This document shows, one piece after another, positions 9,436 to 19,975 of a stretch of DNA of 64,000 nt; within the stretch, counting starts at the first letter, position 1, and each line of letters begins with the position of its first letter. The stretch spans positions 288,001 to 352,000 of the forward strand of contig OZ242008.1 in assembly GCA_965204735.1 (NCBI GenBank), read 5' to 3'. The notes beneath the pieces were generated by a model. It was not told where the DNA came from and ran no database searches. It saw nothing but the letters and a program-made list of their open reading frames with translations. Source of the DNA: Longimicrobiales bacterium (lineage in GTDB: Bacteria > Gemmatimonadota > Gemmatimonadetes > Longimicrobiales > Gaopeijiaceae). Position numbers and translations under genes: made by a program.

Positions 9436-10782
9436 CTACCCTCTTTCCAAACCCCACGCCTGCACGTACTCGGCGTCGAATTCGTCCGTCGTCTTGCCCA
9501 GGACGTAGTCGGCGCCGATCTCGTACACGTCCAGTTGGGCAGGCGTTTCGACCAAGCCCAGCGCGACGCCTTCCTGGTCGAAGACCGTCCAGGTGATCGG
9601 CGACTGGTCGTCCTCGGGTCGCTTGAACTCGGCGACCCACAGATAGCCCAGCGCGTCGCCGCGAACCGGGCCGAACGCCGGGAAGCTTTCGACCATGGGC
9701 ACGTTGGGCGCCACTTCCTGGTACTGCGCGCGGGAGCCCTCGGGCCGCGACGCGATGTAGCTCCGCAGGCTGGCGTCCAAGTCCGTCGCGGTGGGCGGCG
9801 GCACGACGTTGTCCCTTCGCACGATCCGCGCAAGCGTGCCGTCGCTTCGGTACCCGCGGATCTCGTAGCTCTCCGTCCGGCCGAGAGCCGCCAAGTCGCC
9901 CCAGACCGCCCACTCGGTCGTCTTGCCGAAGGGGTGACGGATCGGCGTCAGGTAGACCATCCTGTCCTCGGGCACCTCGACCGACTCGGTGTACGTTTCC
10001 GGTCCGCCGTGGCCTCCCAGGCTGGCCACGGTCCCGTCGGCGCTCTTCAGTTCGTAGAAGTGCTCCTGACGCCAGAAGCCGTCGGTCCGATGAAAGTCGC
10101 CGGTTCGGGTCAGCAACGTTCGGTCGGGGAGGACGTCCAGCGCGACGTGACCATACGCACCTGATCCGGAGAGCCTTTGCAGAGTAGCGCTTGCCCCGCC
10201 TTCCAGCTTGGTGGTCCTTCCATGGCTTCCGTCCGCGAAGAAGATCGTCACGCGTTCGTGCCCCACGTCGGAGGCCATGATCGAGTCGCCGGGCCAACGA
10301 GCAATCCGGCCCAAGGACGCGAACTCGCCCGGTCCCTCTCCCGGGCCGCCCCAGGCTGCTTGGTACGTGCCCGCGGCGTCGAAGACCAGCAGCTGACTGG
10401 AACCGGCGTTGGCGACGACGATCCTCCCGTCGGCGAGCTTCGTCGCGTCTCCGACCCGGTGCAGCTGCCAATCGCCTTCGCCCTCCTGCGTGCCGATCGA
10501 CGCCACCGGGGACGCGCTCACCGTCCACCCCAGCCGCGACCCCTCCGGCGGCTTGGCGTTCTCCACCACGACGACGCCCGCGCTGTCCCGCATCCCGTAC
10601 TCGACCGGCCGGGCGGATTCGGACCCGGGCGCGTCGGAGCCCGCGTCGCACGCTGCGGCCAACGCCGCTCCGGCGGCAGCTCCGGCCAGCCGGCGCACTG
10701 CCGCCGCCCACGTCGGCGTCCGGCCGGCCGCCGTCGACCCCGGTGGTCCGCTTGCCCTCGTCGCCTTCTCCTGCTTGGTCAT
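9436..10782 (-). CDS. 6-bladed beta-propeller lipoprotein
   Basis: Lipobox LAAAC; RDSAGVVVVEN; GGPGEGPGEF; D..GYLWV; GAGGGAG RBS. Confidence 0.85.
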   Translation of the reverse strand: MTKQEKATRASGPPGSTAAGRTPTWAAAVRRLAGAAAGAALAAACDAGSDAPGSESARPVEYGMRDSAGVVVVENAKPPEGSRLGWTVSASPVASIGTQEGEGDWQLHRVGDATKLADGRIVVANAGSSQLLVFDAAGTYQAAWGGPGEGPGEFASLGRIARWPGDSIMASDVGHERVTIFFADGSHGRTTKLEGGASATLQRLSGSGAYGHVALDVLPDRTLLTRTGDFHRTDGFWRQEHFYELKSADGTVASLGGHGGPETYTESVEVPEDRMVYLTPIRHPFGKTTEWAVWGDLAALGRTESYEIRGYRSDGTLARIVRRDNVVPPPTATDLDASLRSYIASRPEGSRAQYQEVAPNVPMVESFPAFGPVRGDALGYLWVAEFKRPEDDQSPITWTVFDQEGVALGLVETPAQLDVYEIGADYVLGKTTDEFDAEYVQAWGLERG

Positions 10783-10831
10783 GCTCCCTCCATGGGTTGC
10801 GTGGTCCCCGGGCCCAGGGTCGACGAACCGC

Positions 10832-12577
10832 TCAGCGCGCATGACGCACCACCCCTCCGACGATCGTCAGGTCCACCTGCGCCTCCGGCAACTCGGCGTC
10901 GGGCACGGCGAGGATGTTCCGGTCCAGCACCACGATGTCGCCCAGTTTGCCGACCTCCAGCGAGCCCTTGTACTCCTCTTCGAACGCGGCGATGGCGTTG
11001 TTGATCGTGTAGCTGCGCAGCGCCTCGATTCGAGTCATGCGCTGATCGGGGTAGAAGACGCTGCCGTCGACTGTCTTGCGGGCGACCGACGAGTAGAAGC
11101 TGGCCAGGGGGTCGATGTCCTCGACCGGCACGTCGGTGCCGTTGTTGACCAGCACGCCCGCGTCGAGGAAGGCGCGCCAGACGTAGGCGCCGGATTCCGC
11201 CCTGGCGTCGCCCAGCCGGCGGGGTATCCAGGGCGCGTCCGAAGTCGCGTGGATCCCTTGCATGGAAGCGATGATCCCCAGCTCCGCAAAGCGCTGCACG
11301 TCGTCCGGATGCACGTGCTGCGCGTGTTCGATCCGCCAGCGGAGGTCGCTGCCGTCCACGCCTGCGGAGTCGAAGACGGATTCGTAGATGTCCAGGACCT
11401 CGCGGTTCGCCCGGTCGCCGATGGCGTGGGTGTTCACTTGAAAGCCGTGCTTGATCGCCACGTGGGCGGTGCCGACGATCTCTTCCACCGTGTCCAGCAC
11501 AAGTCCCACGGACGACGGCATGTCCTCGTAGGGCTCCAGCAGCCAAGCTCCGTGGGACCCGAGCGCCCCGTCGATCTGGCGCTTGATGGAACGCACGGTC
11601 AAGTAGTCGTCGCCTTCGGACGGCATGTAGTAGTCGGCCAAGCGGGCGTCCATCTCGTCGTTGGATTGTCGCCGGACCATGACGTAGAGGCGAACCGGCA
11701 GCGCGCCCTCCGCCTCCATCGCCTTGAGGCGGTCGATTGTGGCAAAGCTCGCCCCGGCGTCCTGAAACGACGTGACTCCCTTTGACAGCGCCTCCTCGGC
11801 GGCCAGCGCGACCTCGCGGCGGAAAACGGCTTCCACGTCCTCCGCAGAGCGGGCGGACTGGGCTTCGGCGAAGGCTGCCGAGACCGGACGCTGTGCGGTT
11901 TCGCGCAGAAGTCCGGTGAGTTCGCCCTGGGCGTCGCGGACCAGCTCGCCGCCGGGGGGCGGAGCCGAGTCCCGGTCGTATCCCGCCATTTCCAGCGCCA
12001 GGGCGTTGGCGAAGGCGGCGTGGCCGGATGCGTGTCCCAGCAAGACGGGGTTGTCGGGACTCGCGGCGGAGAGGGAGGCGTGAAGAGGCGCGCCCTCCAC
12101 CGCGGGCTCCGGCGGCCGGTCCCACTTCTCCTGATGCCAGCCCCTGCCGCGAATCCATTCGCCGGGCTCGGCTTCCGCCGCGGCAGCCGCCACCATGGCG
12201 ACGATCTCGTCCCAGTTCGCGACGTTGTTCAGGTTCAGGATCGTCTTGGAGTTGCCCAGGCTCATGTAGTGGCCGTGGCCTTCGATGAAGCCCGGAACGG
12301 CCAGGCGTCCGTCGAGCTCGACCACCTCGGTGCCGTCGCCGACGAAGGTCTCGATCTCCTCGTCGCTGCCCACGGCGACGATCCATGCCCCTCGGACCGC
12401 GACCGCCTCGACCATTGCGTCGTCCTGGTCCACGGTGGCGACCAAGCCGCCGCGCAGAACCAGGTCGGCAGGCTCCGCCGGCTCGGTCGTTTCGCTGGAA
12501 CAAGCCGCCAGGGTTGCCGCCAGCACGGGGAGGCCGGCAACGGCCGCTCGGGCGACGAGGTGGCTGCAAGGGATCAT
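10832..12577 (-). CDS. Amidohydrolase family 3 (YtcJ-like) lipoprotein
   Basis: PGFIEGHGH, DGALGSHGA, HAIGDRAN, RIEHAQ, GTDVPVE, GSLEVGKLGD. Confidence 0.92.
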   Translation of the reverse strand: MIPCSHLVARAAVAGLPVLAATLAACSSETTEPAEPADLVLRGGLVATVDQDDAMVEAVAVRGAWIVAVGSDEEIETFVGDGTEVVELDGRLAVPGFIEGHGHYMSLGNSKTILNLNNVANWDEIVAMVAAAAAEAEPGEWIRGRGWHQEKWDRPPEPAVEGAPLHASLSAASPDNPVLLGHASGHAAFANALALEMAGYDRDSAPPPGGELVRDAQGELTGLLRETAQRPVSAAFAEAQSARSAEDVEAVFRREVALAAEEALSKGVTSFQDAGASFATIDRLKAMEAEGALPVRLYVMVRRQSNDEMDARLADYYMPSEGDDYLTVRSIKRQIDGALGSHGAWLLEPYEDMPSSVGLVLDTVEEIVGTAHVAIKHGFQVNTHAIGDRANREVLDIYESVFDSAGVDGSDLRWRIEHAQHVHPDDVQRFAELGIIASMQGIHATSDAPWIPRRLGDARAESGAYVWRAFLDAGVLVNNGTDVPVEDIDPLASFYSSVARKTVDGSVFYPDQRMTRIEALRSYTINNAIAAFEEEYKGSLEVGKLGDIVVLDRNILAVPDAELPEAQVDLTIVGGVVRHAR

Positions 12578-12849
12578 TCCTGGCGTCCGGTCCTTGGGGG
12601 GCGAGCGCGGGCGGCGGCACGGCGGGCGGGTTGGCCCCGGCTCGACGAAGCAAGATGCCGTCCTGGCGGGCGACAGGCAAGCGGCAAGCTCCCGGTCGCG
12701 GGTCCGCCCGGACGCCCACCCGCGCGGGCAACCATGCTGCTGGGGCTGGCCGCCGGGCCTCTGCGACGCAGCCGGGATACGGCGTTGCTCCAGGCGCCCC
12801 GGGCGGCTACGTTGCTTGCCCCAAGGTGGACCGTCGAGAAGGAGAACCG

Positions 12850-14295
12850 ATGACCAAGCCAGCTGTTCGCTTCGGCGGGCCTCCGTGGCTCGCGATTGCC
12901 TGCCTGTCGTGCGCCGTGGGGCTGGCAGCCCCTTTGGCCGGGCAACGTCCCCTCCCTGGTTCCGAGGCGGCGGCCTACGTTGCCGTCGACGCGCCTGTGG
13001 TGGCGCTCCGGGATGTGACGCTGCTGGACGGCGCCGGCGGACCCGCCAGGCGCAATCAGACGGTGGTGCTGCAGGGGAACCGGATCGCCGCCGTAGGTGC
13101 GAGAGACGTTGTCGCCGTCCCGGAGGACGCCTACGTCGTGGAGTTGGCGGGCCATACGGTCATGCCGGGAATGGTCGGACTGCACAACCACCTCTTCTAC
13201 ATGGCGGCCGGTGGGCGGATGCATCCGATGAGCTATACGGGCCAGCGCTTGTACCTGGCGTCGGGCGTGACCACGATCCGCACGACCGGAAGCCTGGCGA
13301 CCTACGCCGAGATCAACCTGAAGGACGAGATCGAGCAAGGCTTGCAGCCCGGGCCTCGCATACACGTCACGGCGCCGTACATGACCGGCGATCAAAGCCT
13401 CGACATCATGACTCGGCTGAAGGACCCCGAACAGGCACGGCGCTTCGTGCGGTACTGGGCCGCCGAAGGGGCGACGTGGCTGAAGGCGTACACGACGATC
13501 CGCACCGAGGAGTTGTCTGCGGCGATCGACGAAGCGCACAAGGCGGGGTTGAAGGTTACTGGTCACTTGTGCTCGATCACCTTCAAGGAAGCCGTGGAAC
13601 TGGGCATCGACAACATCGAGCATGGTCTGGCGACCAACAGCGACTACTCGGCCGACAAAGTCAAGGACGAATGTCCCGCCGATCTTTGGCAAACGGCGGC
13701 GACCGTCGACGTGGAAGGGCCGGAGGCGCACTCCACCTTCAAGGCGATGATCGACGCGGGCGTCGCAATGACTTCGACGCTTGCCGTCTACGAACTCTTT
13801 GTGCAGGGTCGGCCCACGCGCGACCGTCGCACCCTCGACGCCATGGCGCCGGCCGTTCGGGAGGACTACTTGGCAGCCAAGGCGGAGATCGACGAGATCG
13901 GTCGTCCCGAGGCCGGATTTCTCAACGCCATGGCCTACGAGAAGGCGTTCCACGACGCCGGCGGCCTGCTGGCGGCGGGGGTGGATCCGACGGGCAACGG
14001 CGGTGCGCTCCCCGGCTACGGCGACCAGCGCAACTACGAGCTCTTCATCGAGGCGGGCTTCACTCCCGAAGCGGCAGTCCAGGTGCTGAGCGCCAACGGC
14101 GCCCGCGTTCTCGGCGTCTTCGACGAGCTGGGCGCGGTCGAGGCGGGCAAGCTTGCCGACCTGGTGGTCATGCGCGGGGACCTGACGTCCGACCCGTCGG
14201 TGGTCCGCAACGTCACCTTGGTCTTCAAGGACGGCGTGGGGTACGACTCGGCGGCGATGCTTGCCGACGTGCAGGGAAGGGTTGGAATCAACTGA
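12850..14295 (+). CDS. Amidohydrolase family protein (imidazolonepropionase-like)
   Basis: PGMVGLHNH, GVTTIRT, IDNIEHG, GAVEAGKLADLVV; AGGAG RBS before ATG 12850. Confidence 0.9.
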   Translation: MTKPAVRFGGPPWLAIACLSCAVGLAAPLAGQRPLPGSEAAAYVAVDAPVVALRDVTLLDGAGGPARRNQTVVLQGNRIAAVGARDVVAVPEDAYVVELAGHTVMPGMVGLHNHLFYMAAGGRMHPMSYTGQRLYLASGVTTIRTTGSLATYAEINLKDEIEQGLQPGPRIHVTAPYMTGDQSLDIMTRLKDPEQARRFVRYWAAEGATWLKAYTTIRTEELSAAIDEAHKAGLKVTGHLCSITFKEAVELGIDNIEHGLATNSDYSADKVKDECPADLWQTAATVDVEGPEAHSTFKAMIDAGVAMTSTLAVYELFVQGRPTRDRRTLDAMAPAVREDYLAAKAEIDEIGRPEAGFLNAMAYEKAFHDAGGLLAAGVDPTGNGGALPGYGDQRNYELFIEAGFTPEAAVQVLSANGARVLGVFDELGAVEAGKLADLVVMRGDLTSDPSVVRNVTLVFKDGVGYDSAAMLADVQGRVGIN

Positions 14296-17093
14296 CTCGG
14301 GGAGCCCGGCGCCCGACGTTCGACGCGGCGCTTGCGAGAGTTGTTGTCGACGCTGCGCTGAAGGCGACGGGCGTCGTGTTGTGGGCTGGATGCTTCTTCA
14401 GCGTTGCGGCGTTGCAGGCGAAGACTCCCGGTCATGAAGCGCTCGCCAAAGGCCGGTACGACGACGCCGTCCGTCTCCTCCGCCCCGCCGCCCTGGACGG
14501 CGACCCCCTTGCGTTGTCGGGTTGGATCACCGCCTTGCACGAGACCGGCGCCTACGACGACGCGGCGCGAGCGGCCCGGACGGCGATCGGGCGGGGCGTG
14601 CCCGGCGCTCGGGCCCACCTGGGCGCGACCCTGCTCCGGGTGGGCCGCATCGACGAGGCCCGGGCGGCCCTGCAAGCTGCCGCCGGGGACCCCGGCCCCC
14701 CCGGCGCGCTCGCGCGAGTCGAGCTTGGCGTCCTGGAGTACCAGTACGGCGACCGGGACGCCGCCCGCGCCCTCTTCGACGGCTTCATCGACTACTACAA
14801 CGGCGCGGGCGGCGCCATGGCCCGGCTCTCGGCCGAAGAGCTCGTGGCAGTGGGTCGCGCCCTCGCGCACCTCTCGCGCTGGGACTACGAGTACGCCCAC
14901 GACGCCCTCCGCGCCCTCGACGAGGCCCAGGCGGTCGGCCCGCTGGACCACTCCGCCAGGTTGGCGCTGGGCGAACTCTTCCTGGAGCGCTACGACGCCG
15001 CCCAGGCAGCCGAGGCGTTCCGCGCCGTCCTCGCCCGGAACCCGAGCCACGCAGGAGCCCGCTTCGGCCTTGCCCGGGTGGCCCGACTGGAGGGCGGCGG
15101 CAGCCCGTCGGCGTCGCTGGACGCGGCCCTGGCGACCAACCCCAACCTTGTGGGCGCCCGCGTCCTCCGGGCGCGCCTCCTGCTGCTCGGCGGCGACCGC
15201 GCCGCCGCGCTGGAGGAAGTCGAGCGCGCCCTGGCCGCAAACGGGGCGGACCTGGAGGCTCTCGGTGCAAAGGCCGCCATTCATCACCTGGCGGGCGAGG
15301 CAATCGCCTTCGGCGCCGCCATGGACCGCATCCGCCAGCTGACCAATCGGCCGACCCAGCCCTACATCGTCCTGGCGGAGCTCGCCGCCGATCATCGGAA
15401 GTACCCCGACGCCCTCGGCTTCGCCCTCTCGGCGGTCGACGCCGACGCCGGCAGCTGGACCGGCTGGGGCCTCGCGGGCCTCAATCAACTCCGCCTGGGC
15501 CGAGTGGACGAGGGACGCAGGCACCTCGAGCGGGCCTTCGCCGGCGACCCCTTCAACCTCTGGTTCAAGAACACCTTGGACCTGCTGGACACCTTCGCCG
15601 AGTACCGAACCGTCGAGACCGAGCACTTCCGCCTCGTCCTTCACGAGTCGGAGGCCGACCTGCTGGCGCCGTACATGGCCGCCGTCGCCGAGCGCGCCCA
15701 CGGCCAGATGTCCCGGCGCTACGGATACGCGCCCCCCGAGCCGATCCGCGTGGAGGCGTATCCTCGTCACGCCGACTTCTCCGTGCGGACCGGCGGCCTC
15801 GTCGGAATCGGCGCGCTGGGCGTCAGCTTCGGGCCCGCTCTGGCCATTGACTCGCCCTCGGCGCGCGAGCGGGGGAGCTTCAACTGGGCCTCCACGCTCT
15901 GGCACGAGATCGCCCACTCGTTCCACATCGGGGTGTCGAACGGCGAGGTGCCCCGATGGTTCTCCGAGGGACTGGCGGTCCACGAGCAACGGAAGGGGGA
16001 CCCGACCTGGGGGCGGCACCCCGGCGTCGGCTTCGTCCGCACCCTCGCCTCCGGCGGACTCCGCCCCGTGAGCGAGCTGGACCGAGGCTTCTCCAATCCG
16101 CGCCGTCCGGCCGAAGTCGCCGAGAGCTACCTGCAGGCGTCGCTGGTCTTCGAGCTGATCGAAGCGCGCCACGGCTTTCCGGCCATCCTCGACATGCTCC
16201 TGGCCTACCGCGACGGCGCCAGCAACGAGGAGGCCTTCGAGGCCGCGCTGGGGGTTCGCTTGGAGGTCTTCGACGAGGAGTTCGAGAAGCATCTGACGGA
16301 CCGGTTCGCGGCGGCCATCTCCTCGGTGGGAGCGGAGCCGCCGGAGGGAATGTCTCGGGACCTGGCGCAAGCGCGGGCGGCGGTTGCCCAGGACCCAGGT
16401 CGCTTCGAGTCCCGAATGGCCCTTGCGCGCGCCCTGTACGACGACGGCCAGATGGAGGACGCGGCTCGGCACTTCGAGGCGGCCCTGCGTCTCTTCCCCC
16501 AGTACGGCGGTCCCGACGGCGCCCACTGGTACTTGGGCCGCATCCGCGAGCGGGCCGGCGACCGGGAGGCCGCCGTCGACCACTACCGGGCCCTTCTGCG
16601 CCTGAACGAGAGTCACTACGAAGGCCGGGTCGCCCTGGCGAGAGCGCTGGCTCCGTACGACGACTCGACTGCCCGCGCCGCTGGTCCGCCCAGCCCCGTC
16701 GTCGGCGACGGCACAGGCGCCCCGGCGGGATTGGCCGCCGCCGCCGAGGTGCTCCGCGGCGTGCCCTTTGTCGACCCCTTCAACATTGCGGACCACGAGC
16801 GGTTGGCCGAGATCTGCGAGGAGCTGGGCGACTGGGAAGGCGCGTCGGTGGCCAGGCGGGCCGTTCTGGCACTGGAGCCCGTCGACCGCGCATCGGCTCT
16901 CTTTCGCTTGGCGCGCGTACTGTACAGGGGCGGCGACCGCGCCGAAGCCCGACGCCAAGTGCTCGCCGCTCTGGAGATCGCTCCCAACTACGAAGACGCC
17001 TTGGACCTCCTCCTGCAGCTCCGACGCGATCGAGGCGACCAGCGGCGCGAGGCCGCGAACCCGACCTCGGGGCTGGCCGGGCTCAACCGGTGA
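14292..17093 (+). CDS. TPR-repeat protein with gluzincin (peptidase MA-like) domain
   Basis: TPR helices flank HADFSVRT..TLWHEIAH..VPRWFSEGLAVHE. Start uncertain (about 14292-14430). Confidence 0.85.
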   Translation: MTRGARRPTFDAALARVVVDAALKATGVVLWAGCFFSVAALQAKTPGHEALAKGRYDDAVRLLRPAALDGDPLALSGWITALHETGAYDDAARAARTAIGRGVPGARAHLGATLLRVGRIDEARAALQAAAGDPGPPGALARVELGVLEYQYGDRDAARALFDGFIDYYNGAGGAMARLSAEELVAVGRALAHLSRWDYEYAHDALRALDEAQAVGPLDHSARLALGELFLERYDAAQAAEAFRAVLARNPSHAGARFGLARVARLEGGGSPSASLDAALATNPNLVGARVLRARLLLLGGDRAAALEEVERALAANGADLEALGAKAAIHHLAGEAIAFGAAMDRIRQLTNRPTQPYIVLAELAADHRKYPDALGFALSAVDADAGSWTGWGLAGLNQLRLGRVDEGRRHLERAFAGDPFNLWFKNTLDLLDTFAEYRTVETEHFRLVLHESEADLLAPYMAAVAERAHGQMSRRYGYAPPEPIRVEAYPRHADFSVRTGGLVGIGALGVSFGPALAIDSPSARERGSFNWASTLWHEIAHSFHIGVSNGEVPRWFSEGLAVHEQRKGDPTWGRHPGVGFVRTLASGGLRPVSELDRGFSNPRRPAEVAESYLQASLVFELIEARHGFPAILDMLLAYRDGASNEEAFEAALGVRLEVFDEEFEKHLTDRFAAAISSVGAEPPEGMSRDLAQARAAVAQDPGRFESRMALARALYDDGQMEDAARHFEAALRLFPQYGGPDGAHWYLGRIRERAGDREAAVDHYRALLRLNESHYEGRVALARALAPYDDSTARAAGPPSPVVGDGTGAPAGLAAAAEVLRGVPFVDPFNIADHERLAEICEELGDWEGASVARRAVLALEPVDRASALFRLARVLYRGGDRAEARRQVLAALEIAPNYEDALDLLLQLRRDRGDQRREAANPTSGLAGLNR

Positions 17094-17881
17094 CCCGACG
17101 CCACGCCAGACTCGCCGGCTTGCTCGTCGCGGGCGTCGCCATGGCCGCGGGCGTTGCCATGGCCGAAGACGACGGCGTCCCAAGGCGTCCATCGTCGTTC
17201 CAAGAGTTCGGCAACGTCCCCTACGACGCCGGCTACACATTCGTCCGGATCCGTTTCTCGATGGGCGGGCGAGGGGGTGTCGGACGCGGGTTCCGCGGCC
17301 GCCAGCCGCCGTGGGCCCACGACTTTCCCGATGCCGACAACAACTTCGTCAAGATTCTCGACGAGGTGACGCTGACCAACGCCAGCGACGGAACCAACGT
17401 CATCGACGCCGACAGCCCCGAATTGCACCGCTACCCCGTCGCGTACGTGTCGGAACCCGGGCAGTGGTCGCCCACCCAGGCCGAGCTCGACAACCTTTCC
17501 GCCTACTTGCGGAAGGGCGGATTTCTCATCTTGGACGACTTCCGCGGCGAGTGGGAGTGGCAGACGGTGCAGGCGATCTTCAACTACATCTTGCCCGGCC
17601 AGCGCTTTCGTCAGCTGACGTTGGAGGAGCCGATCTTCAACACCTTCTTCAAGATCGAGACGCTGGACTTCTCGCCGCCCACGTTCCGACAGTACAAGCC
17701 ATACTTCCTGGGCATCCACGAGGACGACGATCCGTCCCAGAGGTTGCAGGTCGTCGCCAATCTCAACAACGACATCGGCGAATACTGGGAATACTCGGAC
17801 ATGGGATACTACCCAATCGACCTGTCCAACGAAGCGTACAAGGTAGGTGTCAACTACGTGATCTACGCCCTCACTCGGTAA
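17090..17881 (+). CDS. DUF4159 domain protein
   Basis: WAHDFPDAD, YVSEPGQW, YLRKGGFLILDDF, NNDIGEYWE, GVNYVIYALT. GTG overlaps the upstream TGA. Confidence 0.88.
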   Translation: MTRRHARLAGLLVAGVAMAAGVAMAEDDGVPRRPSSFQEFGNVPYDAGYTFVRIRFSMGGRGGVGRGFRGRQPPWAHDFPDADNNFVKILDEVTLTNASDGTNVIDADSPELHRYPVAYVSEPGQWSPTQAELDNLSAYLRKGGFLILDDFRGEWEWQTVQAIFNYILPGQRFRQLTLEEPIFNTFFKIETLDFSPPTFRQYKPYFLGIHEDDDPSQRLQVVANLNNDIGEYWEYSDMGYYPIDLSNEAYKVGVNYVIYALTR

Positions 17882-17931
17882 ACGCTGCCAGCGCCCCTTC
17901 GCCCCTCACCTCGAGCAAAGACGAGAACGCC

Positions 17932-18990
17932 GTGCCGACAAACACGAACACCGCCGCCGCCCCGACCGACGGCAGCCCGACGGACCCCGATCCCCGAGCC
18001 GACGTGGCCCTTGCCCAGCGCATACAGGAGGGGCGGGAGAAGATCCTGACCGAGGTGCGCAAGATCATCATCGGGCAGGAAGAAGCCGTGGAGCACGTGC
18101 TTCTGACCCTCTTCGTCGGAGGCAACAGCTTGCTGGTGGGCGTTCCGGGGCTGGCAAAGACGTTGCTGATCCACTCGGTGGCGCGGGTGCTGGACCTCGA
18201 CTTCTCGCGCATACAGTTCACGCCGGACTTGATGCCGTCGGACATTACCGGGACGGACATCATCCAGCAAAAGGAGGACGGAAGCCGGGGACTGGTGTTC
18301 ACGCGCGGCCCGATCTTCGCCAACGTCGTGCTGGCCGACGAGATCAATCGCACGCCGCCGAAGACTCAAGCGGCGCTCCTCGAGGCCATGCAGGAGCACA
18401 GGGTCACGGTACAGGCCAAGACGTACGAGCTGGCGCCGCCGTTCTTCGTCTTCGCGACGCAAAACCCCATCGAGCTGGAAGGCACGTATCCGCTTCCCGA
18501 GGCTCAGCTGGACCGGTTCATGTTCCACATTCGCATGGACCACTTGGAGGAAGACGAAGAGCTGGAAGTGGTGCGCACAACCACCGACGAAGTGGAGCCG
18601 GAGCTGGAGCGGGTCGTGTCGAGGGAGGACTTGATCGCGTTTCAGGACCTTGTGCGCAGAGTGCCGGTCGCCGAGCCCGTGCTGCGCTACGCGGTGAACT
18701 TGGTGCGCGCCAGCCGGCCCGCTCCGAACGGAAGCCACAAGTTCGTCAAGGAGTGGATCCAGTACGGCGCCAGCGTGCGGGCTGCGCAATACCTGATCCT
18801 CGGCGGCAAGGCGCGCGCCCTTGCCCAGGGGCGGCTGACGGTCGGCTTCGACGACGTTCGGGCCCTTGCGCTGCCCGTCCTTCGCCACCGGATCCTCACG
18901 AACTTCCGCGCCGAGTCCGAAGGACGCACCACCGACGAGCTCGTGGAGATGCTGCTGGACGCAGTGCCCGTTCCCAGTTCGGGGATGTAG
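17932..18990 (+). CDS. moxR: MoxR family AAA+ ATPase
   Basis: GVPGLAKT, RIQFTPDLMPSD, LADEINRTPPKTQ, ATQNPIELEGTYPLPEAQLDRF. Confidence 0.95.
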   Translation: MPTNTNTAAAPTDGSPTDPDPRADVALAQRIQEGREKILTEVRKIIIGQEEAVEHVLLTLFVGGNSLLVGVPGLAKTLLIHSVARVLDLDFSRIQFTPDLMPSDITGTDIIQQKEDGSRGLVFTRGPIFANVVLADEINRTPPKTQAALLEAMQEHRVTVQAKTYELAPPFFVFATQNPIELEGTYPLPEAQLDRFMFHIRMDHLEEDEELEVVRTTTDEVEPELERVVSREDLIAFQDLVRRVPVAEPVLRYAVNLVRASRPAPNGSHKFVKEWIQYGASVRAAQYLILGGKARALAQGRLTVGFDDVRALALPVLRHRILTNFRAESEGRTTDELVEMLLDAVPVPSSGM

Positions 18991-18996
18991 CCGACG

Positions 18997-19947
18997 GTGG
19001 CGAACGCCTCGCGGACTTCGTTTCTCGACCCTGCGGTCCTGGCCAGGATCGACAACCTGGAACTGCTCGCCCGGACGGTGGTGGACGGCTTCCTGCAAGG
19101 CATTCACCGCTCCCCTTACCTAGGCGCGAGCATGGACTTCGCCGAGCACCGTCCCTATATGCCCGGCGACGACATCCGTCGGATCGACTGGCGGCTCTAC
19201 GCCCGCACGGACCGCTTTCACATCAAGCAGTACGAAGCCGAGACCAACGCCGACGTGGCGTTCCTGCTGGACGTGTCGGCGTCGATGGAGTATCGCTTCG
19301 ACTCGTTCGGCCATGGCGCCGCCCCCGACGGCCCGCCGGGAAGGAGCGCGCCCGTCGGCAAGCTCGACTACGCCCGCTACTTGACCGCGAGCTTGGCGTG
19401 GTTCTCCGCCGGCCAGAAAGATCGGGTGGGACTCTACGCCTTCGACGACGACGTGGTGGAGCGCGTGCGTCCGTCGGCGGCCCACCTGGACAAGGTCCTG
19501 CAAGCGATCGCCCGCGTCGGCGCAGGCGGCGAGGGAAGCTGGGACCGGCCGCTGGCGCGAGTGGCGAACACCTTCCGACGGCGTGGGATATTGGTGGTGG
19601 CGTCGGACTTCTACGTCGAGCCCGAGTCGGTGGCGACGGCGCTGGGATTCTTTCGCGCGCAGGGTCACGACGTGGCGGCGTTTCACGTGTTGGACCCGGC
19701 CGAGATCGATTTCCCGTTCTCCGAAGTCGCAAACTTCCGGGACATGGAGACGCAAAGGGTGTTGCCGGTGGCGCCGGACCAGCTCGCCGGCGAGTACCGG
19801 GAACGCGTCGCCAGCCACGTCGCCGCCATGGGCGAGCAGCTGGGACGCCATGGCGTGGACTACGTGCTGCTGAACACGGCAGAGCCGCTGGATCGGGCGC
19901 TGCACGCCTACTTGGTGTTCCGACAGAAGACGATCAGGGTTCGGTGA
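18997..19947 (+). CDS. DUF58 (VWA-like) protein
   Basis: GIHRSPYLGASMDFAEHRPYMPGDDIRRIDW, LDVSASM, SDF. Confidence 0.93.
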   Translation: MANASRTSFLDPAVLARIDNLELLARTVVDGFLQGIHRSPYLGASMDFAEHRPYMPGDDIRRIDWRLYARTDRFHIKQYEAETNADVAFLLDVSASMEYRFDSFGHGAAPDGPPGRSAPVGKLDYARYLTASLAWFSAGQKDRVGLYAFDDDVVERVRPSAAHLDKVLQAIARVGAGGEGSWDRPLARVANTFRRRGILVVASDFYVEPESVATALGFFRAQGHDVAAFHVLDPAEIDFPFSEVANFRDMETQRVLPVAPDQLAGEYRERVASHVAAMGEQLGRHGVDYVLLNTAEPLDRALHAYLVFRQKTIRVR

Positions 19948-19975
19948 ACGCCCGGTCGAAATCGCCGGCCGCTCG

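Noticed and set aside
12285..14291. Apparent 1602-aa TPR protein starting at 12285
   Set aside because: The N-terminal part is the off-frame shadow of the amidohydrolase. The coding signal begins only around 14300.
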